Below, in pieces: positions 1-9,955 of a DNA stretch of 64,000 nucleotides (position 1 is its first letter; each line of letters starts with the position of its first letter). Where the stretch lies: positions 3,167 to 67,166 of the forward strand of contig CAYJLH010000004.1 in NCBI GenBank assembly GCA_964370925.1, given 5' to 3'. Origin of the DNA: an uncultured Oscillospiraceae bacterium (GTDB taxonomy: Bacteria > Bacillota > Clostridia > Oscillospirales > Oscillospiraceae). The notes under the pieces were generated by a model. That model ran no database searches. It had not been told where the DNA came from and was given only the letters and a program-made list of their open reading frames with translations. The position numbers and the translations under genes were made by a program.

Positions 1-39
1 GCTTAGAATAGTTATTGACATAATCATGAGTTTAAAGTA

Positions 40-300
40 TAATGTATTCGTTAAATGCTGTGAAGAGAAGTAGTATCAAGCTTTTTTGCGTTTCAGAGAG
101 GCGATGTTTGGTGAAAATCGCCCGTAAATACTTGAGAAGTCGTCTCCGAGCTTTGTCGGTGAATTTTATGTAGCCAACAACGTATATTCTGCGTTAAAGA
201 ATTCGAGTGCGGAAATTTTATTTTTCCGAACACAGGTGGTACCACGGTATTTTTTAAAATTATCGCCCTGAGATTTTCTCGGGGCTTTTTTTATTTTTAA
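40..300 (+). promoter_or_regulatory. T-box leader (tRNA-sensing riboswitch) upstream of valS. T-box sequence GGTGGTACCACGG at ~237-249 and an intrinsic terminator (gccctgaga/tctcggggc + U7) at 263-293.
   Basis: Matches the T-box consensus AGGGUGGNACCGCG. Strong stem-loop followed by a T-run lies immediately before the valS RBS. aaRS genes in Firmicutes are typically T-box regulated. Confidence 0.55.
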
Positions 301-319
301 ATAAGGAGCATTTTTTACT

Positions 320-2941
320 ATGAAAGAACTTCCAAAGATTTACGACCCTAAAGCGGTTGAAAAAAAAATCTATGATATGTGGGTTAAAGGTGGTTATTTT
401 AAGGGCGTTATCGACCCCGAAAAGAAACCTTTTACTATAGTTATCCCACCACCAAATGTCACAGGTCAACTGCATCTTGGACATGCTTTTGACGAGACTA
501 TACAAGACGTTTTAACACGTGTTAAGCGTATGCAAGGCTATTCTGCGCTTTGGATTCCCGGAACTGACCACGCAGGCATAGCAACTCAAATCAAGGTCGA
601 AGAGGAACTTCGTGTTAAAGAGGGAAAAACTCGTTACGACCTCGGACGTGAGGCATTTTTAGAGCGTGTTTGGGATTGGAAGCACAAATACGGTAGCCGT
701 ATTGTCGAACAACTTAAAACTCTTGGTTGCTCATGTGACTGGGATAGAGAGCGCTTTACTATGGACGAGGGTTGCTCAAAAGCTGTGCGCGAAGTTTTTG
801 TTTCACTTTACGAAAAAGGGCTTATTTATAAAGGCAATCGCATTATCAACTGGTGTCCAACTTGCACAACTGCACTTTCTGATGCTGAGGTTAACCACGA
901 AGAAAAACCCGGTAACTTCTGGCACATTAAATATCCAATAAAAGACAGCGACGAATTCTTAATAATTGCCACCACTCGTCCCGAAACTATGCTCGGTGAC
1001 TCCGGTGTCGCTGTTAGCCCCGACGACGAGAGATATGCTCATCTAATCGGCAAAACATGCATACTTCCGCTGATGAACCGTGAAATGCCTATCATCGCCG
1101 ACGAATATGTTGACAAAGAATTTGGTACAGGTTGCGTTAAAATGACACCTTGTCATGACCCTAATGACTTTGAAGTCGGTCAACGTCACAATCTTGAGCA
1201 AATCCTTATCATGGATGAAAACGCTAAGATTATCAACGGCGGAAAATATAACGGCATGGACAGATACGAAGCTCGCCGTGAAATTATAAAAGACCTTGAA
1301 GAACTTGGTTTGTTAGTTAAAATAGAGCCACATAACCACAATGTCGGCACATGCTACCGCTGTGGAACTGTTGTCGAGCCTATCACAAGCCCACAATGGT
1401 TTGTTAAAATGGAACCTCTTGCGAAAGAAGCTATGGAAGTTGTTCGTGACGGGCAGATTAAATTTGTACCTGACCGCTTCGTAAAAACTTATGAAAATTG
1501 GATGGAAAATGCTCATGACTGGTGCATTTCTCGTCAACTTTGGTGGGGACATCGTATCCCTGTTTGGTACTGCTCAGACTGCGACCACATGACAGTTTCT
1601 CGTGAAGATGTCTGCGAATGTGAAAAATGCCAAAGCAAAAATATCGAGCGTGATGAAGATGTTTTGGACACTTGGTTCTCTTCTGCGCTTTGGCCTTTCT
1701 CAACTTTGGGCTGGCCTGATAAAACACCTGATTTAGATTATTTCTACCCAACTGACGTCCTTGTCACAGGTTATGATATTCTATTTTTCTGGGTTGCTCG
1801 TATGATTTTCTCTGCCAATGAGCACACAAAACAAGTGCCTTTCCACACTGTATTTTTCCACGGATTAATCCGTGATGCAGAGGGCAGAAAAATGAGTAAG
1901 AGCCTTGGAAATGGCGTTGACCCACTTGATGTCATCGACACTTACGGCGCTGACGCACTGCGCTTCAACATCATCACAGGCAACAGCCCAGGAAACGACA
2001 TGCGCTATTATAACGAGCGTTGTGAGGCTATGAGAAACTTTGCAAATAAGGTCTTTAATGCTTCTCGTTTCGTTATGATGAACCTTACAATCGAGAAAAA
2101 CGAGCTTCCCGAAAAACTTGAACTTGAGGATAGATGGATTTTATCAAAACTCAATACTCTTGCAAAAGATGTCTGCGACAACTTCGACAAATACGAGCTT
2201 GGAATTGCCGCCGGTAAAATTTATGACTTCATTTGGGACAGCTATTGTGACTGGTATATCGAGCTAATCAAACCACGTCTAAACGGTGACGACAAAGAAC
2301 TAAATCTTTCCGCTCAAAAAGTTATGCTTTATGTTTTGACAGAAATTTTGAAGTTACTACACCCATTTATGCCTTTCATCACAGAGGAAATTTGGCAAGC
2401 ACTCCCCCACGAGGGCGAGGCACTTATGATAGAGCGCTATCCGGAATTCACAGAAAAACTAAACTTCCCACAGGACGAAACTGACTTCGAAACCATCATG
2501 TCTGCTATACGCTCTGTTAGAAGCACACGTGCTGAAATGAATGTTCCTCCATCCAAAAAACCAACTTTGATTATCGTAACAGAGAAAACAGCTGTGTTTG
2601 AAAAAGGCCTAGTTTTCCTATCAAAACTTGCATATGCAGGTAGCGTTGAAATCTCAACAACTGCACCCGAAAGCCTCGACGGAATGGTTAGCGTCGTGAC
2701 TGATGAGGCGAAGATGTTCATGCCAATGGCAGAGCTTGTCGACCTCGACAAGGAGCGTGCGAGAATTCAAAAAGAAATCGAAAAAGCCGAAAAAGAGCTT
2801 GCAATGCAAGAGGGCAAACTGAAAAATGAAAAATTCATTTCAAAAGCGCCCGAGAATATAGTTGCTCAAGAGCGTGAAAAAGCCGAGAAAACAAAAGCAC
2901 TTCTTGAAAACCTCAAAGAGAGCTTAAAAAACCTAGGTTAA
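320..2941 (+). CDS. valS: valyl-tRNA synthetase
   Basis: 873 aa. Class I aaRS HIGH-like motif ([13 protein letters not shown]) and KMSKS (KMSKS present). C-terminal coiled coil typical of ValRS. Confidence 0.97.
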   Translation: MKELPKIYDPKAVEKKIYDMWVKGGYFKGVIDPEKKPFTIVIPPPNVTGQLHLGHAFDETIQDVLTRVKRMQGYSALWIPGTDHAGIATQIKVEEELRVKEGKTRYDLGREAFLERVWDWKHKYGSRIVEQLKTLGCSCDWDRERFTMDEGCSKAVREVFVSLYEKGLIYKGNRIINWCPTCTTALSDAEVNHEEKPGNFWHIKYPIKDSDEFLIIATTRPETMLGDSGVAVSPDDERYAHLIGKTCILPLMNREMPIIADEYVDKEFGTGCVKMTPCHDPNDFEVGQRHNLEQILIMDENAKIINGGKYNGMDRYEARREIIKDLEELGLLVKIEPHNHNVGTCYRCGTVVEPITSPQWFVKMEPLAKEAMEVVRDGQIKFVPDRFVKTYENWMENAHDWCISRQLWWGHRIPVWYCSDCDHMTVSREDVCECEKCQSKNIERDEDVLDTWFSSALWPFSTLGWPDKTPDLDYFYPTDVLVTGYDILFFWVARMIFSANEHTKQVPFHTVFFHGLIRDAEGRKMSKSLGNGVDPLDVIDTYGADALRFNIITGNSPGNDMRYYNERCEAMRNFANKVFNASRFVMMNLTIEKNELPEKLELEDRWILSKLNTLAKDVCDNFDKYELGIAAGKIYDFIWDSYCDWYIELIKPRLNGDDKELNLSAQKVMLYVLTEILKLLHPFMPFITEEIWQALPHEGEALMIERYPEFTEKLNFPQDETDFETIMSAIRSVRSTRAEMNVPPSKKPTLIIVTEKTAVFEKGLVFLSKLAYAGSVEISTTAPESLDGMVSVVTDEAKMFMPMAELVDLDKERARIQKEIEKAEKELAMQEGKLKNEKFISKAPENIVAQEREKAEKTKALLENLKESLKNLG

Positions 2942-2984
2942 TCGACAACTTTCGAGAGCTTTTTAACTAAATAATGTATAAAAT

Positions 2985-3017
2985 AACACTGTGCAAAATC
3001 GCACAGTGTTTTTTTAT
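2985..3017 (+). terminator. intrinsic terminator after valS
   Basis: aacactgtgc / gcacagtgtt stem followed by T7. Confidence 0.6.
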
Positions 3018-3055
3018 ACAAAAAATTTCACATACATTCAGAAAGCGGTGAATTA

Positions 3056-3385
3056 ATGAAAATTACATCAAGTAGAAATGACGGGCATCTCTATATTTTT
3101 TTATCTGGAGAGTTAGACCACCATGGAGCAAAGGATGGATTTGTAAAAATCTCAGCCATTTTGGACGAATACATGCCACAAAGTTGCATAATTGATATGT
3201 CAGGACTAACTTTTATGGACAGCTCAGGCATCGCTTTGGTGCTTCGAGTATATAAAACTGTTTCAAATTACGGCGGTGCGACCATGGTCCAAAATCCTTC
3301 AAGGCAACCGTTTAAGGTCTTGGAAGCGGCAAAACTTGAAAGAATTGTAAAAATATTATGTACAACAGCGGAGGGCGAAAGATGA
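3056..3385 (+). CDS. spoIIAA: anti-sigma F factor antagonist (STAS domain)
   Basis: 109 aa STAS protein. It lies immediately upstream of, and overlaps by ATGA, a serine-kinase anti-sigma and a sigma-F-like gene. Confidence 0.85.
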   Translation: MKITSSRNDGHLYIFLSGELDHHGAKDGFVKISAILDEYMPQSCIIDMSGLTFMDSSGIALVLRVYKTVSNYGGATMVQNPSRQPFKVLEAAKLERIVKILCTTAEGER

Positions 3386-3825
3386 ACAAACTAAACTATA
3401 TAAGACTAGAAATTCCAAGTAAAAGTATTAATGAATCCTTTGCGAGGGCAGCGGTTGCGTGCTTTGCGGCACAAACCGACCCTACGCTTGAGGAATTAAA
3501 TGACATAAAAACAGCAGTTAGTGAGGCAATCACCAACTGCATTGTACATGCCTATCCCGAAGAAATCGGCAAAATTTTACTTAAGGCGACAATTTACGAA
3601 GATAACAGCATCGAAATCATCATCCGTGATTGGGGTAACGGAATTTCCGATATTACTAAGGCTCGTGAGCCGATGTTCACAACAGGTGGCGACGACAGGA
3701 GCGGAATGGGTTTTACAATTATGGAGAGTTTTATGGACGAGCTTAAAGTTCGTTCGACAAACGGACGTGGCACGACGGTGACACTCAGACGAAAAATCAC
3801 CAACAGAGGAAAGAGAGCTGAATGA
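3382..3825 (+). CDS. spoIIAB: anti-sigma F factor (GHKL serine kinase)
   Basis: Start moved to ATG 3382 (MNKLNY) with RBS GGAGGG and ATGA overlap with spoIIAA. HATPase motifs (DWGNGI, GMGFTIM). Confidence 0.85.
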   Translation: MNKLNYIRLEIPSKSINESFARAAVACFAAQTDPTLEELNDIKTAVSEAITNCIVHAYPEEIGKILLKATIYEDNSIEIIIRDWGNGISDITKAREPMFTTGGDDRSGMGFTIMESFMDELKVRSTNGRGTTVTLRRKITNRGKRAE

Positions 3826-4526
3826 CGTCAAACGAAGAGCTAATCCGTGCCGCACAACAGGGCGACAACGACGCTATGGAGGCAGTTGTCACCGAAAACA
3901 CCGGTCTTATTTGGAGTGTTGCTAGGAGGTTTTGCGGTCGTGGTGTTGACCTTGACGACCTCTATCAGCTCGGTTGTGTTGGTTTTATTAAAGCGGTGCA
4001 AGGCTTTGACGAGAGCTATGGCACTCGCTTTTCCACCTATGCTGTGCCAAAAATTTCGGGTGAAATTCGCAGATTTTTGCGAGATGACGGCAGTGTTAAA
4101 GTCAGCCGTGGCATAAAAGAGCGTGCAAATGTTATCCGAACCGCACGAAATGTGCTTGAGCAAAAACTGGGAAGAGAGCCTACAATCTCAGAGATTTCAG
4201 AAGAAACCGGTCTTGATATCGAAGAAATTGCAATCGCCGAAACCGCCACAGGACCGACAGAATCGCTCAACCGTGAAAGCGGCGAGGACGGTTTCACTCT
4301 TGAGCATGTCTTGGGAGATTTTAACCAGGAGGAGCGTATGCTCGAGCGTGTCGCTCTCAAAGAAGCGCTTGCTGTGCTTTCTGAACGGGAACAAATGGTT
4401 ATTTCTTTGAGGTTTTTCCATGGACTTACACAGGATAAGACAGCGAAATCTTTGGGTGTTTCTCAGGTTCAAGTTTCTAGGCTTGAGAGGAAGGCTTTGG
4501 TGGCATTACGGGAGTTTTTGGAGTAA
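3822..4526 (+). CDS. sigF: sporulation sigma factor F (sigma-70 family, group 3)
   Basis: 234 aa with sigma70 regions 2 and 4. Operon context spoIIAA-AB-sigF. Confidence 0.9.
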   Translation: MTSNEELIRAAQQGDNDAMEAVVTENTGLIWSVARRFCGRGVDLDDLYQLGCVGFIKAVQGFDESYGTRFSTYAVPKISGEIRRFLRDDGSVKVSRGIKERANVIRTARNVLEQKLGREPTISEISEETGLDIEEIAIAETATGPTESLNRESGEDGFTLEHVLGDFNQEERMLERVALKEALAVLSEREQMVISLRFFHGLTQDKTAKSLGVSQVQVSRLERKALVALREFLE

Positions 4527-4556
4527 TTTTATCTATGCAAGAACGTGTCTCCGACG

Positions 4557-5009
4557 GTATACTTTTTGAAACCAAAAAGTATACAAAAAGTTTCGGGGGT
4601 TTCGTCCCCCGAGCGCCGAAGAGGCGGAAAGGGTGCTGAGAAAGCCACAAAAAAAGTTTGCAAACCCAGAAGCAGTTGCAAACGCACGAAAATATTCATA
4701 ATCCACGGCTATCGCCGCCTCAGCCCGCATCTACTCACTTGCAAAACTTAAAAAGAAAAGCGTATCTTTTTGCGAACTAAATCCCAAGTACAGGCTGACC
4801 TTGCGACTTGTCGCAAATGCGGGGGTATTCCAAAAGGGGGTCAGGCGACCCCCTTTGGTCGCTGGGGTGAGGATTTTTAAGGAGAGGGGAATCACGAAAT
4901 TCCCTCTCCTTAAACGTGTCTTTGCTTACTTTCTGCTCGTACAGAAAGTAAGTCATCGAAGATTATCCTCTACTAATATTTGTATACTTTTTGGTTTCAA
5001 AAAGTATAC
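4557..5009. repeat. intergenic element bounded by two identical 28-bp self-complementary hairpin repeats (GTATACTTTTTGAAACCAAAAAGTATAC at 4557-4584 and its reverse complement at 4982-5009). The ~400-bp interior is dense in stem-loops.
   Basis: Exact 28/28 match in inverted orientation. Internal hairpins at ~4594-4611, 4838-4866, 4879-4911 and 4925-4952. No convincing ORF. Confidence 0.5.
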
Positions 5010-5050
5010 CCACGGAGTGAACTATTTCAATATCATAAAAAAGGATAAAT

Positions 5051-6682
5051 TCAATTACCTTGTTTCTCTAACGCCGCTCCAACAAGCCCCAAAAACAAAG
5101 GATGCGGATTATTCGGTCTGGTTTTAAACTCAGGATGAAATTGCACTGCCACAAAATAGCTATGCTCTTTTATTTCAACGGCTTCAACTAAACTTCCATC
5201 GGGCGATAAACCTGAAATCAAAAGTCCTTTTTCCGCCATCACTTCCCTATATGAATTATTAAACTCATATCTGTGTCTGTGTCGCTCTGAAATGCTCTTT
5301 TTCGCATACAGTTCCCTCATTTTGCTGTTGTCTTGCAACTCACAAGGGAAAGCTCCAAGGCGCATTGTGCCACCTTTTTCGTTAATATTTATCTGTTCCT
5401 CCATTATGTGAACAACGGGATGCGGCGATATTTCGTCAAATTCTGTCGAATGTGCTTTGTCAAGTTTACATACATTTCTAGCGAATTCAATCGCAGCAAC
5501 TTGCATCCCAAGACAAATCCCAAGAAAAGGCAAATCATTTTCTCTCGCATATTTGCAAGCAGAAATCATGCCCTCAACTCCCCTGTCACCAAAGCCACCG
5601 GGGAGTACCATTCCGTCAACGTCGCCAAGCTCTTCGGCGACATTTTTTTCTGTCAAAAATTCGCTGTCGACCCACTTAATTTCTATTTCTGCACCCTTAC
5701 CATAACCTGCGTGCTCAAGTGCTTCATTGACTGAAAAATACGCGTCGTGGAACTGAACATATTTCCCAACCATCGCAATTCTAACCTGTCTTTTTCGATT
5801 TGCGATTTTTTGGAGCATCTCTTTCCACTCCCTTAAATCACAGTCGTTAGCTTCGATTTCAAACTCACGGCAAACAACCTCATCCAAACCTTTTTCATGT
5901 AGCATTATCGGCGCTTCGTAAAGACATGGAAGAGTATAATTTTCTATGACGCAGTCGGGTTTTACATTGCAAAACATAGATATTTTTTGGAGAATACTGG
6001 GGTTAATCGGCTCGTCAGCTCTCGCTACGATTATGTCAGGTGAAATACCTATAGAGCGCAGTTCTTTGACCGAGTGTTGAGTTGGTTTCGACTTATGTTC
6101 TCCACCGCCTTTTAGATATGGAACTAGGGTCACATGGATAAAAAGACAGTTCGTTTTTCCAACTTCAAGTGCAACTTGTCTTATAGTCTCTAAAAACGGT
6201 TGGCACTCGATATCACCTGTCGTCCCACCTATTTCGGTAATTAAAACATCCGCTCCACTTTGCTCTGCACCGGCATAAATGAACTTTTTAATTTCGTTTG
6301 TAATATGCGGAATTACTTGAACAGTTTGCCCTAAATACCCACCTTTTCTTTCACGACTGAGAACATTATCATAAACTTTTCCCGAAGTCAAATTTGAAAG
6401 TTTTGATAGATTTTCATCTATAAAACGCTCATAATGCCCCAAATCAAGGTCAGTTTCAGCACCGTCATCAGTTACATAAACTTCGCCATGTTGAAATGGA
6501 CTCATAGTTCCGGGGTCAATGTTCATATAAGGGTCGAGTTTTTGAGCTGTCACTTTTAAGCCTCTTTGCTTCAAAAGTCTGCCCAAACTCGCTGCCGTAA
6601 TTCCTTTGCCCAAACCAGAAACAACACCGCCGGTTACAAATATAAATTTAGTATTTCTCTGCTTATTATCACTTGTTTTCAT
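5051..6682 (-). CDS. pyrG: CTP synthase
   Basis: 543 aa. N-terminal synthetase domain ([15 protein letters not shown]) and C-terminal class I GATase with catalytic Cys (GICLGMQ). Confidence 0.97.
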   Translation of the reverse strand: MKTSDNKQRNTKFIFVTGGVVSGLGKGITAASLGRLLKQRGLKVTAQKLDPYMNIDPGTMSPFQHGEVYVTDDGAETDLDLGHYERFIDENLSKLSNLTSGKVYDNVLSRERKGGYLGQTVQVIPHITNEIKKFIYAGAEQSGADVLITEIGGTTGDIECQPFLETIRQVALEVGKTNCLFIHVTLVPYLKGGGEHKSKPTQHSVKELRSIGISPDIIVARADEPINPSILQKISMFCNVKPDCVIENYTLPCLYEAPIMLHEKGLDEVVCREFEIEANDCDLREWKEMLQKIANRKRQVRIAMVGKYVQFHDAYFSVNEALEHAGYGKGAEIEIKWVDSEFLTEKNVAEELGDVDGMVLPGGFGDRGVEGMISACKYARENDLPFLGICLGMQVAAIEFARNVCKLDKAHSTEFDEISPHPVVHIMEEQININEKGGTMRLGAFPCELQDNSKMRELYAKKSISERHRHRYEFNNSYREVMAEKGLLISGLSPDGSLVEAVEIKEHSYFVAVQFHPEFKTRPNNPHPLFLGLVGAALEKQGN

Positions 6683-7250
6683 ACAATTTTAAAATCCCCT
6701 CTGCTATTGCTCGCCTTGTCGACCGTGAATCCATCGCCTGTCTTTCTATATACTTGTGTGCCTCCTGCTCGGACATGCTCAAATAAGAAACAAGCACATG
6801 TTTCGCCCTGTCGACTATCCTAATATCTTCAATTTTTTGTACTAACTTTTGGTTTTCTTTTTGCATTTGCGACATTCTTCTATGTGCTGCCCTCGCAAGT
6901 TTTAATGAAAACCAGAACATATTTTTATTTATCGGTTTGGCAACAGTTATAACTCCATAATCTTCAACCAATTCCGATATTTCTTCATAATGCTCACTTT
7001 TTACGATTAATATAACAGTGCTTTTACTTTGTGTTGCAATGAAAGTCGAAAGTTTCTCACCTGATTCGTCTTTCATCGGCGCATTGATAACAACTAAGTC
7101 GAAATCCTGTCCTTGAATTAACCGTCTAGCCTCTGAACCGCTGGTGACAGTCACTATTCTTTCAAGTGAAAAATCTTTCAATGTGTCACTCACAAAAGCT
7201 GTTCCCTTTTCAAATCCGGATACTATAAGAGCCGTTTCAATAACTTCCAC
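6669..7250 (-). CDS. ANTAR-domain response regulator (NitR/AmiR-like RNA-binding antiterminator)
   Basis: 193 aa. Receiver-like N-terminus plus C-terminal ANTAR motif ([39 protein letters not shown]). Sits directly downstream of glnA, as in clostridial glnA-nitR loci. Confidence 0.8.
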   Translation of the reverse strand: MEVIETALIVSGFEKGTAFVSDTLKDFSLERIVTVTSGSEARRLIQGQDFDLVVINAPMKDESGEKLSTFIATQSKSTVILIVKSEHYEEISELVEDYGVITVAKPINKNMFWFSLKLARAAHRRMSQMQKENQKLVQKIEDIRIVDRAKHVLVSYLSMSEQEAHKYIERQAMDSRSTRRAIAEGILKLYENK

Positions 7251-7276
7251 CGCCTTTACTGTTTACTGAATTTCGA

Positions 7277-8596
7277 TTAATATTGATTAAAATAATTCGC
7301 TTTTACAAACAGTTCTTTATCGCTTGCATTTTCAAGCTCAAGGATTTCATCCGCTTTAATATCTGAATATTTTGACAGTAATTCCTCACCCAAAACCGCC
7401 TTTACAAGCTCAGATTTTTCCGCAATTTTAATCGCTTCAATAAGATTTTCGGGAAGTTTTCGCATTTTTTTCGAAGTATCCGCATTCAATTCCCTGATTT
7501 CTATATCGGTAGGCGCAGGCAGTTTCAACCCATTTTCCATGCCATATAATCCCGCTCCTATGATGAGCGCAAAGGCAATATATGGATTTATAGTTGGGTC
7601 AGGCGAGCGAAGCTCCATTCTCATTCTATCGCCCGACGCTGTTGGAATTCTCACAAGTTGCGACCTATTTTGAGCCGACCACGACACATAAGACGGGGCT
7701 GCTAGTTTTCCAAATCTGTCATATGAATTTATAGTCGGATTTAAAAACAGAGTTATCTCTTCAATTTTTTCAAGCACGCCGGCAACAAAGCTCTCGGCAG
7801 CTTCGCTTAACATTTCGTCCTTTGATCCGAAAATATTTTCACCATTTTTGAAAAGAGAAATGTTTACATGAAGTCCGCTTCCGCTATAATCTTTCAGTGG
7901 TTTTGGCATGAATGATGCGAAAAGTCCATTTCTCGCCGCTATGGCTTTCACGACAGATTTAAAGGTCAACAGATTGTCAGCACAACTTAGCGCATCGCTG
8001 TATTTAAAGTCAATTTCGTTTTGTCCTGGCCCTTTTTCATGGTGAGATGCCTCGGGTTTTAGTCCCATTTCCTCGAGGTTTAAGCAAATATCTCGTCTGA
8101 TATTCTCACCCTTATCGAGCGGTGATATGTCGAGGTAACTACCATAATCTAAGGTGTCATAGGTTGGGTTTGAGTCGTCATCAGTTTTAAATAAGTAAAA
8201 CTCACACTCAACACCGATTTTGCAAACATAGCCTTTTTCCTCAATTTGCTGTAACACTCTTTTTAATATGTATCTGCTGTCCTGAGAAAAAAGCTTCCCG
8301 TCAGGAGTTTTAATATCGCAGTAAAAACGCAAAACCCTCCCCGGTCCCGGTCTCCATGGCAAAACAGTTAATGTATCAGGATCTGGAAACAAAAGAAGGT
8401 CTGATGTCGTGATATCTTTAAATCCGTGTATGGACGATGCATCAAAAGGCACACCGTTTTCGAAAGCGTGTCCCAGCTCTTCGGACATAAGCGAAATGTT
8501 CTTGTGTACTCCAAACGGGTCACAAAAGCTCAGCCTAACAAATCTTACGTCATTTTCTCTTACGAATTGCAGGACCTCTTTCACTGTACTATTCAT
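7277..8596 (-). CDS. glnA: glutamine synthetase, type I-like
   Basis: 439 aa with GS beta-grasp and catalytic domain motifs. Confidence 0.9.
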   Translation of the reverse strand: MNSTVKEVLQFVRENDVRFVRLSFCDPFGVHKNISLMSEELGHAFENGVPFDASSIHGFKDITTSDLLLFPDPDTLTVLPWRPGPGRVLRFYCDIKTPDGKLFSQDSRYILKRVLQQIEEKGYVCKIGVECEFYLFKTDDDSNPTYDTLDYGSYLDISPLDKGENIRRDICLNLEEMGLKPEASHHEKGPGQNEIDFKYSDALSCADNLLTFKSVVKAIAARNGLFASFMPKPLKDYSGSGLHVNISLFKNGENIFGSKDEMLSEAAESFVAGVLEKIEEITLFLNPTINSYDRFGKLAAPSYVSWSAQNRSQLVRIPTASGDRMRMELRSPDPTINPYIAFALIIGAGLYGMENGLKLPAPTDIEIRELNADTSKKMRKLPENLIEAIKIAEKSELVKAVLGEELLSKYSDIKADEILELENASDKELFVKANYFNQY

Positions 8597-8713
8597 AAAT
8601 CCCTCTCCTCACATTATTAAAATCGTCATAAAAGCGAAAAACGCCCATCAAAACGCAGAAAGAGGCAAAGCCCTCCCCCTGATATGTTTGATGAACGCCC
8701 TTGTTCATTGCTG

Positions 8714-8746
8714 TCAGTATACATGTTTTATCAGTATTTGTCAATA
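8714..8746 (-). promoter_or_regulatory. candidate sigma-A promoter for glnA (-35 TTGACA, 17-nt spacer, -10 TATACT)
   Basis: Hexamers read on the minus strand at 8739-8744 and 8716-8721. Followed by a ~120-nt leader. Confidence 0.4.
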
Positions 8747-8835
8747 AATAATTACTATCTTTTCTGTGTAATTCTAACAATTACAATGTATATTAGGCTA
8801 ATTTCAAAAAATTCAGGTTTTTTTCAAAAAAGCTA

Positions 8836-8864
8836 TTGACAAGGCACAATTACTGTGATATACT
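8836..8864 (+). promoter_or_regulatory. candidate sigma-A promoter for asnA-glnN (-35 TTGACA 8836-8841, 17-nt spacer, -10 TATACT 8859-8864)
   Basis: Consensus hexamers with optimal spacing, divergent from the glnA promoter. Confidence 0.45.
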
Positions 8865-8882
8865 TCGGGACATGACAGCAAA

Positions 8883-8920
8883 GGCGCTGTGAGCTTATGG
8901 CTCGCAGTGCCATTTTTTTA
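8883..8920 (+). terminator. leader intrinsic terminator (attenuator) between the asnA promoter and the asnA start
   Basis: 12-bp stem ggcgctgtgagc / gctcgcagtgcc (two G-U pairs) followed by AUUUUUUUA. It sits about 12 nt after the predicted TSS and upstream of the real asnA RBS. Confidence 0.5.
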
Positions 8921-8938
8921 TATTTGAAAGGGGCCATC

Positions 8939-9943
8939 ATGAGTATTTTAGAACAAAAAGACTACACTTCCGCATTATCATTGTATTCAACACAAAAAGC
9001 AATCGGAGCACTGAAGAGGATTTTCGAAGATAACTTGGCTCAAGCTTTAAATCTAACACGAGTTTCAGCTCCTCTTATCGTTGAGCCACACACAGGACTA
9101 AACGATGACCTTAACGGTATCGAGCGTCCAGTTGAATTCGATATTAAAGCAACAGAAACTAATGCACAAATCGTTCACTCTCTTGCAAAATGGAAGAGAA
9201 TGGCACTACATAAATACGGCTTCCCTGTCGGCGAAGGATTATACACAGACATGAACGCAATTCGCCGTGATGAGGACATGGACGCACTTCACTCTATATA
9301 TGTTGACCAATGGGATTGGGAAAAAGTTATTGATTTAGAGACTAGAACTGTGGTAACATTGAAAGATATTGCAACAAAAATCATCAATTCAATTTGCGAT
9401 ACACAGGATAAACTCAAAGCTCTATACCCTGAGCTTAAAACAACACTTACTAAAGAAATCGCTTTTATAACAACTCAAGAGCTTGAGGACATGTACCCAG
9501 AGTTAACATCCAAAGAGCGCGAGAATACATATCTAAAAGAACATAAAACAGCATTTGTTATGCAAATCGGCGACAAACTTAAATCCGGTGAAAAGCATGA
9601 CGGCAGAGCGCCTGACTATGACGACTGGTCACTAAACGGCGACATTCTTTTCTGGAACGAAACTTTGCAACAGGCTTTTGAAGTTTCTTCAATGGGTATC
9701 AGAGTTGACCCCAAGGCAATGGATGAGCAGCTCGCAAAAGCAAACTGTGACGACCGCCGTGAAATGCCTTTCCACAAAGCACTTCTAAATAATGAACTCC
9801 CACTTACAATCGGTGGCGGTATCGGTCAATCAAGACTTTGTATGTTATTACTTGAAAAAGCACACATCGGTGAAGTCCAAGTTTCTATCTGGGACAATAA
9901 AACAAAAGAATCATGCGCAAAAGCAGGAATTATATTACTATAG
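8939..9943 (+). CDS. asnA: aspartate-ammonia ligase (asparagine synthetase A)
   Basis: About 335 aa with AsnA motifs. Start moved from ATG 8897 (inside the terminator hairpin) to ATG 8939 with RBS GAAAGGGG. Confidence 0.85.
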   Translation: MSILEQKDYTSALSLYSTQKAIGALKRIFEDNLAQALNLTRVSAPLIVEPHTGLNDDLNGIERPVEFDIKATETNAQIVHSLAKWKRMALHKYGFPVGEGLYTDMNAIRRDEDMDALHSIYVDQWDWEKVIDLETRTVVTLKDIATKIINSICDTQDKLKALYPELKTTLTKEIAFITTQELEDMYPELTSKERENTYLKEHKTAFVMQIGDKLKSGEKHDGRAPDYDDWSLNGDILFWNETLQQAFEVSSMGIRVDPKAMDEQLAKANCDDRREMPFHKALLNNELPLTIGGGIGQSRLCMLLLEKAHIGEVQVSIWDNKTKESCAKAGIILL

Positions 9944-9955
9944 GAGAAGATAATA

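Noticed and set aside
4557-5009. Possible RNase P RNA, tmRNA or SRP RNA in the hairpin-rich sigF-pyrG spacer. The spacer contains a GGAAAGGGUGCUGAGA stretch that is superficially like RNase P.
   Set aside because: It lacks the universal GGAAAGUCC/GUCC, ACAGNRA and AGGGCA blocks of RNase P. It has no tmRNA tag-reading frame or tRNA-like ends, and no SRP domain IV motif. Kept only as an unclassified structured element.
4801-5127. 108-aa ORF spanning the repeat element and the pyrG 3' end
   Set aside because: No RBS. It runs antisense into pyrG, and its composition is driven by hairpin sequences. Not coding.
8897-8938. First ATG of the asnA ORF at 8897
   Set aside because: This ATG lies inside the leader terminator hairpin and has no RBS. 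ATG 8939 has GAAAGGGG at the correct spacing and gives a canonical ~335-aa AsnA.
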